The notes under the pieces were generated by a model. The model did not search any database, was not told the origin of the DNA, and worked only from the letters and a program-made list of their open reading frames with translations. The translations under genes and the position numbers were made by a program. 34,283 nt of DNA, taken from assembly GCA_964578315.1 (NCBI GenBank), contig CAZOCN010000002.1:1-34283 (forward strand), read 5' to 3'. The stretch comes from an uncultured Candidatus Bathyarchaeia archaeon. GTDB taxonomy: Archaea > Thermoproteota > Bathyarchaeia > Bathyarchaeales > CAZOCN01. Below are positions 25,989 to 34,283 of this stretch, piece by piece; position 1 is the stretch's first letter; each line of letters opens with the position of its first letter.

Positions 25989-26678
25989 ATGATAATGAAG
26001 GAAGATAATAAGGAAGTAGTGGAGGCTGAAGAAGGAGAAGTCTTCGATATAGAGCTTGAGGAGGATATTTTGAAGAGAAACCAGGAGTTAGCTGAGGAGA
26101 ATAGGAGAGTCTTGAATGAGCATGGGACGAAGGCTATCGACGTCATGGGATCCATAGGTTCAGGTAAGACCTCACTCATAGAGGCTTTAGTCGATAGGTT
26201 AAAGGGGAGGTACAGGATTGCGATGATAGCTGGGGACGTAACGACCACAATAGACGCTGACAGGATTGAAAGACATGGTGTGATCTCCGTCCAGGTGAAT
26301 ACAGGGAAGGAATGCCACCTTGACGCGAACCTCGTTAAGAAGGCCCTCGCCAAACTGGACCTTGAGGGTCTAGACCTCCTATTCATAGAGAACGTAGGCA
26401 ACTTGATATGCCCCGCAGAGTTCGACTTAGGGTCCCATATGCGACTAGTCGTAGTTAGCGTAACGGAAGGCGAGTATATGGTTCTGAAGCACCCTTACAT
26501 CTTCATGGTTTCAGACGTTGCGGTGATAAACAAGATAGACCTTGCAAAAGCAATGAACGTCGATCCCGACAAACTAATGAAAGACGCCAGAGACATAAAT
26601 CCGAAGATTAAGACCGTCAAAACTTGCCTCAAAACCGGAGAGGGCGTAGACGAAGTAGTAAGAGCCTTGGAGTTATAG
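25989..26678 (+). CDS. hypB: HypB nickel-dependent GTPase (SIMIBI class)
   Basis: GSIGSGKTSLIEAL, IAGDVTT, ENVGNLICPAEFDLG and INKIDL. It is divergent from hypA. Confidence 0.92.
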   Translation: MIMKEDNKEVVEAEEGEVFDIELEEDILKRNQELAEENRRVLNEHGTKAIDVMGSIGSGKTSLIEALVDRLKGRYRIAMIAGDVTTTIDADRIERHGVISVQVNTGKECHLDANLVKKALAKLDLEGLDLLFIENVGNLICPAEFDLGSHMRLVVVSVTEGEYMVLKHPYIFMVSDVAVINKIDLAKAMNVDPDKLMKDARDINPKIKTVKTCLKTGEGVDEVVRALEL

Positions 26679-26775
26679 GCTCTAGAACAAGGAGACTCCG
26701 ATTTGGAGAATAAAACGAAGATTTTTAGGAGACGCAACGAATCTATGACGTAAGGCCTAGAGGAAAGTGAAGGGC

Positions 26776-26958
26776 ATGTGTGAATTTAACGTTGTGGTTA
26801 ACGGTGAGAAAGTCTTTGAGGATGTCATCTACGCGAAGGAGGAGGATGGCAGGGTTATACTCCGGGATATATTGGGAGAAACCAAGGACTTCCCAAAACA
26901 TCGTATCGTCGAGGTCGACGTCAACAAGACGCTTCTAGTTCTCTCACCCATCCGGTAA
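26776..26958 (+). CDS. cooT: CooT-family small nickel-binding protein
   Basis: MCEFNVVVNG...VILRDILGETKDF...VEVDV matches the CooT pattern, in which Cys2 is the Ni ligand. I therefore prefer the ATG at 26776 to the GTG at 26767 given by the ORF track. Confidence 0.72.
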   Translation: MCEFNVVVNGEKVFEDVIYAKEEDGRVILRDILGETKDFPKHRIVEVDVNKTLLVLSPIR

Positions 26959-26977
26959 ACTACCATCTTAATTGGGA

Positions 26978-27370
26978 TTAGGGTATCTCTTTAGGGAAAG
27001 GAGTGCTCTTCTTTAGGCAATCTTCCCGATTTTCAAGTATATTATCGATTTCTCTGATGAGTCTATCCTTCGGTCTGAAACCCACAATCTCACCTACTTC
27101 CCTACCTTTACAGAAGAGTTTTAGGGTCGGAGTACCCATCACCCCTAAACTTTGACCGAGTATGAGGTTTTGGCGTTCTGCTAAGAGGTCTAACTTGACA
27201 AACTTAACCTTCCCTTTATATTCATCCGCTGCCTTCTCCAACACTGGATTCAACCTGAGACACCAGATACAGTTTTTATGCCAGAAATCCACAATAACGG
27301 GGACCTTAGAGTTTAAGACCTCACTCTCCCACTCATCAGCGTTCACATCTACAATATTTCCAGAGCTCAT
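26978..27370 (-). CDS. Thioredoxin-fold protein with a non-canonical CIWC active site
   Basis: VIVDFWHKNCIWCLRLNP...KVKFVKLDL...GVMGTPTLKLF. Confidence 0.82.
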   Translation of the reverse strand: MSSGNIVDVNADEWESEVLNSKVPVIVDFWHKNCIWCLRLNPVLEKAADEYKGKVKFVKLDLLAERQNLILGQSLGVMGTPTLKLFCKGREVGEIVGFRPKDRLIREIDNILENREDCLKKSTPFPKEIP

Positions 27371-27522
27371 ACGTTAACAAGCCTCAGAGATAGATTAAAG
27401 CTGACACTAAATAACGTTTAACCTTCAGGCGCCTCTCCCGTAGATTCCAGATATACGGCTCCTCTTGAGTAGAGGATAAAGGAAAAGGTCTTCTTGCAGT
27501 GTGAGCCCCAAAAGGAAAGGCT

Positions 27523-28317
27523 TTAGTTGGCTTTGTACATTTCCACCAGATGGTTACAAATGCTCTTTATCGCATTCAGAGCCGGTGTGGATTCTGTTAG
27601 TGATAGGGGAGAGCCGGAGAGATCCGATTCGCGGACTGCCGGGTCATAGGGGATCATACCTAAAATCTCGAGCTCGTTCTCATGAGCGAAGTTCCGAATC
27701 GCCTCCTCGTCCTTCTCCCCCATAATTTTGTTTCCGACGAGGAAGACCCCTTTAACTCCGAGCCCCACGGCTAAGTCTCGTATGCGTATAGCTGTTCTCA
27801 GAGATTTGGCACTGGGCTCCACAACCACTAGCATCTCATCCACATACTTCGCCGTCCCTCTACCTAGATGCTCAGTCCCCGCCTCCATATCCGCCACGAC
27901 AACCTCTCCCCTCTGCACTAGAATGTGGCGTAGTAAGGACCGGAGGAGGGCATTCGCGGGACACATACACCCTTGGGAAGCTTCACGGACAACTCCCATT
28001 ACGAGGAGACTGACTCCACAGGGCGTATCCACAGCGTAACGGGTTACTATATCGTCTACTGTAAAGCTAAGTCTGAAGAGGCCCCCATAAGATTCTGGTT
28101 TGACGCCGGTCTTCTCTTCAATTAGAGACCAATTCTCTGAGATCGGAATTATCCGATCCGCCTCCTCAGCCGTTAAGCCCAGCGTATAGGCGAGGTTTGC
28201 ATTGGGATCCGCGTCCACAGCTAACACCTTGAGGCCTCTCTGGCTGAGAAGGCAGGCTAGCGATCCAGCGAGAGTTGTCTTTCCAACTCCGCCCTTGCCG
28301 GCTACTGCAATCTTCAA
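27523..28317 (-). CDS. cooC: CooC-type Ni-insertion ATPase (CODH/ACS maturation factor, MinD/ParA class)
   Basis: Deviant Walker A GKGGVGKTT and the Ni-binding CxC motif (GCMCPANALL). Confidence 0.9.
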   Translation of the reverse strand: MKIAVAGKGGVGKTTLAGSLACLLSQRGLKVLAVDADPNANLAYTLGLTAEEADRIIPISENWSLIEEKTGVKPESYGGLFRLSFTVDDIVTRYAVDTPCGVSLLVMGVVREASQGCMCPANALLRSLLRHILVQRGEVVVADMEAGTEHLGRGTAKYVDEMLVVVEPSAKSLRTAIRIRDLAVGLGVKGVFLVGNKIMGEKDEEAIRNFAHENELEILGMIPYDPAVRESDLSGSPLSLTESTPALNAIKSICNHLVEMYKAN

Positions 28318-28357
28318 CTACGCCGCCTCCAGCCTCTGAGAGATAGAAAAATCGGTC

Positions 28358-28558
28358 TTATTTTTCTTTATGGGTTATCGCGTTGACTGGACATAGTTTT
28401 TCACATTCCAGGCATAAAGCGCAGCTGTGGGGATTAACAACCACTGGAAGGTCGTCGAGCCATTCTAGAACGCCGTAACTACAAACTTTGACGCATTTCT
28501 TACAACTCGTGCAGAGGTCATAGTTGATGCTTATCTCAACAATCAACCCAACATCCAT
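28358..28558 (-). CDS. 2x[4Fe-4S] ferredoxin
   Basis: CTSCKKCVKVC and CALCLECEKLCP. The ATG at 28558 is preferred to the TTG at 28618 because TTTATAGA lies exactly 27 nt upstream, which is leaderless geometry. Confidence 0.78.
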   Translation of the reverse strand: MDVGLIVEISINYDLCTSCKKCVKVCSYGVLEWLDDLPVVVNPHSCALCLECEKLCPVNAITHKEK

Positions 28559-28577
28559 ACTACTAAAAAGACAAGTC

Positions 28578-28585
28578 TCTATAAA
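28578..28585 (-). promoter_or_regulatory. TATA-like box (TTTATAGA on the minus strand) 27 nt upstream of the ferredoxin ATG; suggests a leaderless transcript
   Basis: Distance read directly. The archaeal TATA-to-TSS spacing of about 25-27 nt is established knowledge. Confidence 0.4.
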
Positions 28586-28682
28586 CTTGTTGTTTCCGGG
28601 TGGGAACCATTTACTCAACGTTTTTATGTGTATATTTTATCATGGGATTGTCGATCTATTGAGGTTGAGGGAAGGGAACGGT

Positions 28683-29444
28683 ATGAAGATGATCGTCTCT
28701 ATGGGTAGGGGAGGCAGCGGAAAGACGAGTTTCGTGGCGCTTATGACTAAATACTTCATCGAGAAAGGCGAGTATCCGTTATTGTTGGTTGATGTGGACC
28801 CAGACCAGAATCTTGGAGAGGCTGTCGGAGTGGATTTAGAAGAAGAGGGAAAAAAGACAATCTCGGATCTTCTAATTGAAACTTTCATAGAGAGCGGGGG
28901 CACCACCGTAGGAATTCCTCCTTCCGAGAGGATTGAGAGTAGAATCTGGGCGGAAGGCCTCTATGAGGGAGAGTTTTTTGATTTTATGGCTGTTGGACCG
29001 AAATGGCTGGAGGGATGTTACTGCCTTCCTGACGCCGCGTTGAAGAAGGCACTAGAAGTGTTAACTAAGAACTACAAGTATATACTGGTTGACTCTCCCG
29101 CCGGGTTAGAACACCTCAACCGGAAGATAACCTCGAAGGTAGATGACATAATGGACATAATAGACCCATCAAAGAAGTCCTTCGACCATGTAAAGAGGGC
29201 GTATAGAATCGCGAGAGAAGTGAAGATAGACTTCGGGAACTTCTACGTCATTGGAGGTTACAGATTTCCGGAACGACTAGATGGAGTGGTGGAGAAGAGA
29301 ACTAAACTGAAATACCTCGGCAGAATCGCCTATGATGAGAATGTAGAGTATTATATCCTAAACGGGAAATCTCTTCTGGAACTTCCAGCCTCTTCTCCAG
29401 CTTACCTCTCAGTGAAAGAGATAATGAAGAAAGCAGGGTTATGA
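28683..29444 (+). CDS. Second CooC/AcsF-type Ni-insertion ATPase paralogue
   Basis: MKMIVSMGRGGSGKTS (Walker A with Arg at the signature-Lys position), the CxC motif (GCYCLPDAAL), and DSPAGLEH. The ORF-track extension from 28524 overlaps the ferredoxin gene and looks like non-coding read-through. Confidence 0.85.
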   Translation: MKMIVSMGRGGSGKTSFVALMTKYFIEKGEYPLLLVDVDPDQNLGEAVGVDLEEEGKKTISDLLIETFIESGGTTVGIPPSERIESRIWAEGLYEGEFFDFMAVGPKWLEGCYCLPDAALKKALEVLTKNYKYILVDSPAGLEHLNRKITSKVDDIMDIIDPSKKSFDHVKRAYRIAREVKIDFGNFYVIGGYRFPERLDGVVEKRTKLKYLGRIAYDENVEYYILNGKSLLELPASSPAYLSVKEIMKKAGL

Positions 29445-29512
29445 TTGAGGAAGAGAGCCCCTTCCTCAAATCTCAGACCATTACTGAAAACATCTGACTA
29501 TGAGTTAGGCTT

Positions 29513-31360
29513 CTACATAGAAGCATGGTAAGTTGGGAAGAATTCTCTTTTGCCTGGAATGTAGATCGCTGCTGAGTACTCGTCCACGAAATCCACATCA
29601 ACCAAGAGGTCGATGTAGACCATTTTCTCTGCTATATCTCTCGCTTCTTCTCGCTTTTCCATAGACAGTAGCGTTGCGTAGGCGCCTGATAGGGAACCGT
29701 TTCCAATTGGGTGGAACTCTCCATTGGGGAACTCAGGTAATATGCCAAATTTTATCACGTTCTTCAGGTCCGTATAGGCGCCGAAGGCTCCTGCGAGGTA
29801 AATATTCTTCACGTCATAGATTGAAATTTTGTATTTCTTCATCAGAACCCCCACCGCTCCACACGCTGCAGCCTTAGAATCCATTATGTAATCCATATCG
29901 CGTTGAGTGATCACTATGTCTCTTCCTACGGCAGTCTCCTCGGCGGGAACCAAGACGAACTCTAACCCTTCATTCCCCATTCTAACCAAGGGAGTCTTCC
30001 CCTCCACTATTTTCCCAGCAAAGTCCAGAACGCCTACAGAGAACATCTCCGCTACAGCATCTATTATGCCCGACCCACAGATACCCTTAGGAGCCGTATT
30101 CCCGATAACCTCATACTCAGCCTTGAAGGTTTCAGGGTTAATTTTAACGTGCTCTATGGCTCCACGCATAGCACGCATACCAAATTTTATGCCAGCTCCC
30201 TCAAAGGCTGGTCCTGAAGCACAGGATGCTGATGCTAACCAGTCGCTATTTCCGAAGATTATCTCTCCGTTTGTTCCTAGGTCAATTAGGAGGGAGAGCT
30301 CCTTAGACTTGTGCATGCCAGAGGCTATGACGTCGCCGATGGCGTCGCCTCCTACAAACCGACTCACGTTGGGCAAGCAGTAAATGTACGCTTCAGGATT
30401 TACGTTCATCCCAATATCCTTCGCTTTCTTTATTATCGGGTTTCTGGAGACCTGCACATTCGCCATCTCAAGGTAAGTTGGGTCCATTCCCACCAAGAGA
30501 TGATTCATAACGGTGTTTCCACCGATACAGACATCTGTGATATCATCACTTTTTACTCCGACACTTAATGTGAACTTCTTGACGAGTTCGTTTATGCTCT
30601 CCACAGCAGCTTTCTGTAGCTTCTCTAATCCGTCCTTTTGACTTGCAAAGGCGATTCTCGTGATAAGTTCTTCTCCATAAGTGATCTGCCTATTAAGGGT
30701 GGACGATCTCCCTATAATCTTCCCATCCGTTAAGTTAACGAGTAACATCACAACCGTTGTAGTTCCAAGGTCTACCGCGAGACCATAGTTAAGCTCTCTC
30801 GTATCACCTGGCTTCACATCGATAATCTCGGGATAATTATTCGTCATACTTACTATAGCGGTTATCGGCTCTCCCATGGAGAGAATCTTCCGGTATATCT
30901 CGTCATCGACCCGTGGTCTCAAACCGGAATAGCCCTCAAGCTTAATCGAGGGACGCAGAAAAAGCTGATCCTGAGAAGACAAGATTTTCACGGGATACTT
31001 CCTCGAGGCAGGATTGAACTCCTCGATGGTCATTTCCGTGCTGAGCAGTATCTTAGGTCTGTCGATACGACTCTCCACTGGAATCGTGAACTCACTGTCG
31101 CTCATAACTCGGACTTGACAGGCAAGATGATAACCTTGAGATAACTCCTGAGGCGAGAGACGCTTTTTATGAGCGTCTGACACTAAGGAAACCTCGCCTT
31201 TATTAAGGATCACTCTACACTTCCCGCATTCTCCCTTTCCGCCGCAGATACTCTCTATCTGTATATCAGCCTCACGAATAGCGTCGAGAAGTAAGGTTCC
31301 CTGTTTCACCTCAACAACCTTATTCAAAGGATGAAAGATTACTTTCACAGTTTTCTTCAT
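29513..31360 (-). CDS. Reductive activator of the corrinoid Fe-S protein (RACo/AcsV-like): N-terminal [2Fe-2S] ferredoxin domain plus an ASKHA ATPase domain
   Basis: CGGKGECGKCRV...LACQ at the N-terminus, with DLGTTTV, DLGTNGE and GGNTVM as the ASKHA phosphate/adenosine motifs. 615 aa. Confidence 0.88.
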   Translation of the reverse strand: MKKTVKVIFHPLNKVVEVKQGTLLLDAIREADIQIESICGGKGECGKCRVILNKGEVSLVSDAHKKRLSPQELSQGYHLACQVRVMSDSEFTIPVESRIDRPKILLSTEMTIEEFNPASRKYPVKILSSQDQLFLRPSIKLEGYSGLRPRVDDEIYRKILSMGEPITAIVSMTNNYPEIIDVKPGDTRELNYGLAVDLGTTTVVMLLVNLTDGKIIGRSSTLNRQITYGEELITRIAFASQKDGLEKLQKAAVESINELVKKFTLSVGVKSDDITDVCIGGNTVMNHLLVGMDPTYLEMANVQVSRNPIIKKAKDIGMNVNPEAYIYCLPNVSRFVGGDAIGDVIASGMHKSKELSLLIDLGTNGEIIFGNSDWLASASCASGPAFEGAGIKFGMRAMRGAIEHVKINPETFKAEYEVIGNTAPKGICGSGIIDAVAEMFSVGVLDFAGKIVEGKTPLVRMGNEGLEFVLVPAEETAVGRDIVITQRDMDYIMDSKAAACGAVGVLMKKYKISIYDVKNIYLAGAFGAYTDLKNVIKFGILPEFPNGEFHPIGNGSLSGAYATLLSMEKREEARDIAEKMVYIDLLVDVDFVDEYSAAIYIPGKREFFPTYHASM

Positions 31361-31506
31361 CTTTTCATTGTCGTCTCCCTATGCCTATGAGCCACACTTT
31401 AACCTTTATATATTTTAAGTCAGAGGGAGTAATGATTACTCCGCCCATTGTATGGGGTTCTGGAAACTTCCTCAGTCCATTCTATGAGTGGGGAATCTTG
31501 AAGTGG

Positions 31507-32970
31507 TTAATCCTCCTCTTCTTCCTTAGGGGGCCATTTCTCTTTTATTAACTTAGGTATCCCCGATGAGTCTTTAGGCCCAACTATGACACGCCATCCT
31601 GTTGAATCCTCTGTTTCACCACTTAACCTCGCCGCTAATCCAGGCATTATCAGATATCTATGCTTCACTTTTTCTTCCACTCCGAACTCCTTAAGCGCAT
31701 CTGCTATCGTATCCGCTGTCAAGTACCTACCTGCAACTGAGCTTTCGACACTTATGCCTCCTGTATCAACTACAACGAGGTAGCAGTCTAGATTAGCAGA
31801 TTTGATGTCGGATTCCACAGTGAAATAGGTTAGAGCATAATTTGTCGTCAGCAACACCGGGGAGTTCTCATCTGGTTTACCGAAGACTCTCACGCCAGGC
31901 TCAACCGAAACAGGCTTCCTCGGGTCTGTGTAAATATTAAATCGCCAAACCACTTGAGGCAGTATAACCCATCCGTCGAGGCTATGCATTATCAGTAGGT
32001 CCGCGTATCTGGAGATTAACATAGAAGCAACGTAGGCTTCCTTCCACTTTACGAGTTCATTTGAAATCTCCTCACTCGCCCAAGCAGTGATGGGAGTGCC
32101 TATGAGAGGAAACCCGAAGAGTTCATCGCCCCTATTACAGGCTAACCGCCTCACCATCGTGAAGTTATTGATAGTATCCGACAAACCCTCATCAACGAAG
32201 GTTCCTGGATCTAGCACCAAGTCTTCAACTCCATACTCAAGAAGAGTCTTCACCAGAGACCTTAACAATTTCAGGTCATTCGGCGCGAAGACGGCCAACG
32301 GACACTTGTACATAAGCGCCAACTCAGCCATGTCCTTCCAGTTATCCTTAGTCGCTGCGTAAATCAGAGGACGACGATCCTGAGCTTGAACAAGACCTGT
32401 CTCCATAACTTCGGGATTTAAAGTACACAAAATCAGCGGTAGTTCGGTGATTTTCGTAACTTTTTCGAGGGTAGACTTGAATTTGGCGGGGTCATTGGAG
32501 GTAGATCTTATAGCCAACATATCCAAAGTAAGGGATCTTCCTATGTAATTATAGTTGAAACTCTCTACTCTTTTAACTCTCTCCGAGAGTTCTTCGTCGC
32601 TCATCAAGTCACATACGTCAATCGCTATGGGTGTAGGATTATGATAGGTGAATTCGTGGCGGTACATGACGTATTTTCCACCAATCTTCACAGAACGATC
32701 ACCAGATCCAATTACGACGGTTTTCACAGCTGGAGCTAAGAGTTCTTTAAGCTGTAGGTATGCCTTCTCATACTCTTTCTTTAGAAGTGGAGGACAGTCT
32801 TCTATGGAGAGTTCACCGTTCACTAGTCTCGTTGCGAAGGCCATGCAGTTGGATTCGCCGCATTCCTTACAGTTTGTTCTAGGGAGCAACTTGTAGACGT
32901 CGATAGGACTTATCTCCTTTATGCTCTTCTTTATCTCTCGCTCAGTCAAAAATTCATCCTCCTCTTTCAT
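31507..32970 (-). CDS. cdhE: Acetyl-CoA decarbonylase/synthase gamma subunit (corrinoid Fe-S protein large subunit)
   Basis: N-terminal [4Fe-4S] motif CKECGESNC-x16-CP. The ATG at 32970 forms an ATGA overlap with the cdhD stop. The ORF-track TTG at 32988 is less likely. Confidence 0.92.
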   Translation of the reverse strand: MKEEDEFLTEREIKKSIKEISPIDVYKLLPRTNCKECGESNCMAFATRLVNGELSIEDCPPLLKKEYEKAYLQLKELLAPAVKTVVIGSGDRSVKIGGKYVMYRHEFTYHNPTPIAIDVCDLMSDEELSERVKRVESFNYNYIGRSLTLDMLAIRSTSNDPAKFKSTLEKVTKITELPLILCTLNPEVMETGLVQAQDRRPLIYAATKDNWKDMAELALMYKCPLAVFAPNDLKLLRSLVKTLLEYGVEDLVLDPGTFVDEGLSDTINNFTMVRRLACNRGDELFGFPLIGTPITAWASEEISNELVKWKEAYVASMLISRYADLLIMHSLDGWVILPQVVWRFNIYTDPRKPVSVEPGVRVFGKPDENSPVLLTTNYALTYFTVESDIKSANLDCYLVVVDTGGISVESSVAGRYLTADTIADALKEFGVEEKVKHRYLIMPGLAARLSGETEDSTGWRVIVGPKDSSGIPKLIKEKWPPKEEEED

Positions 32971-34202
32971 ATTCTGATAGTGATCCAATCGGCTATTTTC
33001 TCAGGCTTAGCCTTCCCCATATTCAGCAATTGATTGATTGCTTCCTTCATGGTCCTAACGGCAGCTGGATGCATCATCATGAATAAGTCTACACCGGCGA
33101 GGAGTAGGGAAAGCGCCGTCACAGTCTCCCATAGAGGCCCTCTGAGTTCTCTTGGCTCATACTCCGGCCCCAACTTCATCCAAGCTTCTCTTGCAGCCCA
33201 GGCGTTGGTGGAGCCGGATAGGACTGGATGCTGAAGTTCCGGGTCGCCCATTAAAGCGGCTAATCTTGCCCGTTCATGGATGGTGAAGGAGTATTCTAGT
33301 CCGTAACCTAAAGCAGCTGTTGTTAGGTCCATGACTATGCTGTCTTCCGGAAGGAATTCATATAGCCGTCTATTCAACTCCTTGGCGTTATTCAATTCTA
33401 AGGCTGTGAAGGCAAGCGCCACATGCCCATACTCTTTAGCAGCCTTAGCCGTATCGCTTAGAGTACCTGCCTCCGCCATCTCCAACGTCAAGGAACTTAA
33501 GAGAACCCGTTCACCATGAGTTACTTCAGCAACCTTCTTGAAGACCTCAGCGTCTTTTCGCGGATCACCGCAACTCCCTACGATTATCGGAACATCCACC
33601 GCTTGTAGAACTTCCTCAACGGTCTTCGCGGCTTCCTTTGGTGAGGCATCTTTAATAAGCGGATCTGTACTGAGCAGGTGTATAGTGACTACATCGGCTC
33701 CAAATTTGTTAACTGCCAGTTTCGCCCATTCCGCCGGATCCTCCATGACTTCCTCAACATGCATCCGTATAGCCTTAGGGAGAGGCACTTTCATGTCGAA
33801 GGTGTCCAAGGCTACAACGGGCGGATGCTTCGGTGGTTTCTCGAATATGTAGAAGGCTGGTGTAGTGGCGCCTCCGATGGTAACGGTCTTTCCGCGGGAC
33901 CCTCCTTCGCTTTTAGTGGCTCCGAGGGTTACTTCCCTAACCATTCCAGTGTACTCTTCAATTGGAGGAATAAACTCCTCCTCTAAGATTCTAGTGGGCT
34001 TCACTTTAGGCACAGGAGTAGGGGTAACAGCGGCTTTAGGTGGAATCGTCATCGCGGCAGCGGAGGGCAGCCAGAGCTCTAGATTTTCCACTTCCATCTC
34101 AAAATCTTCGAGTTCAACCCTCTGAAGTTTCGCAAGTAACTCTAGAAGTTTAGGTCCTATTTCGAAGTTTGCTTCTCTCTTATCCTTCTTTTCCTCGGAC
34201 AA
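32967..34202 (-). CDS. cdhD: Acetyl-CoA decarbonylase/synthase delta subunit (corrinoid Fe-S protein small subunit)
   Basis: 411 aa with a TIM-barrel-like CdhD/AcsD pattern (GADVVTIHLLSTDP, PIIVGSCGDP, ALAFTALELN). It lies immediately upstream of cdhE. TTG start 6 nt after the preceding stop. Confidence 0.9.
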   Translation of the reverse strand: MSEEKKDKREANFEIGPKLLELLAKLQRVELEDFEMEVENLELWLPSAAAMTIPPKAAVTPTPVPKVKPTRILEEEFIPPIEEYTGMVREVTLGATKSEGGSRGKTVTIGGATTPAFYIFEKPPKHPPVVALDTFDMKVPLPKAIRMHVEEVMEDPAEWAKLAVNKFGADVVTIHLLSTDPLIKDASPKEAAKTVEEVLQAVDVPIIVGSCGDPRKDAEVFKKVAEVTHGERVLLSSLTLEMAEAGTLSDTAKAAKEYGHVALAFTALELNNAKELNRRLYEFLPEDSIVMDLTTAALGYGLEYSFTIHERARLAALMGDPELQHPVLSGSTNAWAAREAWMKLGPEYEPRELRGPLWETVTALSLLLAGVDLFMMMHPAAVRTMKEAINQLLNMGKAKPEKIADWITIRI

Positions 34203-34208
34203 CTTCTC

Positions 34209-34283
34209 TCACTTTCCTTTCTTTTTCTCAGATTTCTCGCCTAGAACTATGACTTTCTTAGCGAAGATTTTGGCGTTCTTGAG
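34209..34283 (-). CDS. 3' end of an upstream co-oriented CDS (...LKNAKIFAKKVIVLGEKSEKKKGK*); possibly another cdh-operon member such as cdhC
   Basis: Open frame to the window edge, with a stop 6 nt before the cdhD start. Too short to identify; the cdhC suggestion rests only on usual archaeal operon order. Confidence 0.3.
   Translation of the reverse strand, partial: LKNAKIFAKKVIVLGEKSEKKKGK

Noticed and set aside
25955-26401. 148-aa minus-strand ORF
   Set aside because: It is antisense to hypB, which has unambiguous GTPase motifs. The translation is Ser-rich and low-complexity.
28524-28682. N-terminal 53-codon extension of the second cooC ORF
   Set aside because: The extension overlaps the ferredoxin gene on the opposite strand and has no CooC similarity. 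The family N-terminus (M-K-x-I-V-x-x-G-x-G-G-x-G-K-T) begins at the ATG at 28683.
29907-30383. 158-aa + strand ORF (and 29674-29877, 30311-30568)
   Set aside because: All are antisense to the RACo gene, whose ASKHA and [2Fe-2S] motifs are clear.
33034-34125. Series of 62-104-aa + strand ORFs
   Set aside because: All are antisense to cdhD, with low-complexity translations.
1-34283. CRISPR arrays, rRNA genes, IS elements, toxin-antitoxin or known defence-system genes
   Set aside because: Reading both strands found no regularly spaced direct repeats, no rRNA-like segments and no nuclease, integrase or transposase motifs. This visual scan cannot exclude very small or highly diverged elements.

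Overview
Densely coding, apparently chromosomal segment from an anaerobic archaeon. The evidence for that origin is archaeal-type PriS, Taw1, SepRS, CdhD/CdhE and myo-inositol-1-phosphate synthase, plus TATA-like boxes about 27 nt upstream of start codons. All protein calls come from motifs read by eye in the supplied translations; no database search was run.

Left third: a surface glycoprotein candidate, endonuclease IV, an Nfu-like Fe-S protein, RimI, NAD synthesis (nadC, nadA), a trio of tandem-SIS protein, class-III aminotransferase and ACC-deaminase-family enzyme, a MoaD/ThiS-type ubiquitin-like protein, and a tRNA-centred string (taw1, translin-like, sepS).

Middle: an ABC-2 exporter, a compact PriS, an orphan MtaA/UroD-family methyltransferase, a LemA-DUF2207 pair, a B12-dependent ribonucleotide reductase fused in register to a corrinoid adenosyltransferase, a YkgJ-type Cys-cluster protein, a wHTH protein, inositol-phosphate synthase and a CofE-like protein.

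Right third, the most coherent block: a nickel-chaperone island (hypA, hypB, cooT, thioredoxin, cooC, ferredoxin, second cooC) directly abutting the corrinoid Fe-S protein genes of acetyl-CoA decarbonylase/synthase (cdhD, cdhE) and a RACo-type reductive activator.

I recognised no rRNA, tRNA, CRISPR array, transposase or integrase.

The most unusual non-coding signal is a 27-bp sequence that occurs twice, perfectly and in inverted orientation, 21.7 kb apart (160-186 and 21927-21953). Each copy has promoter-like geometry, and the second sits inside a 49-bp palindrome.
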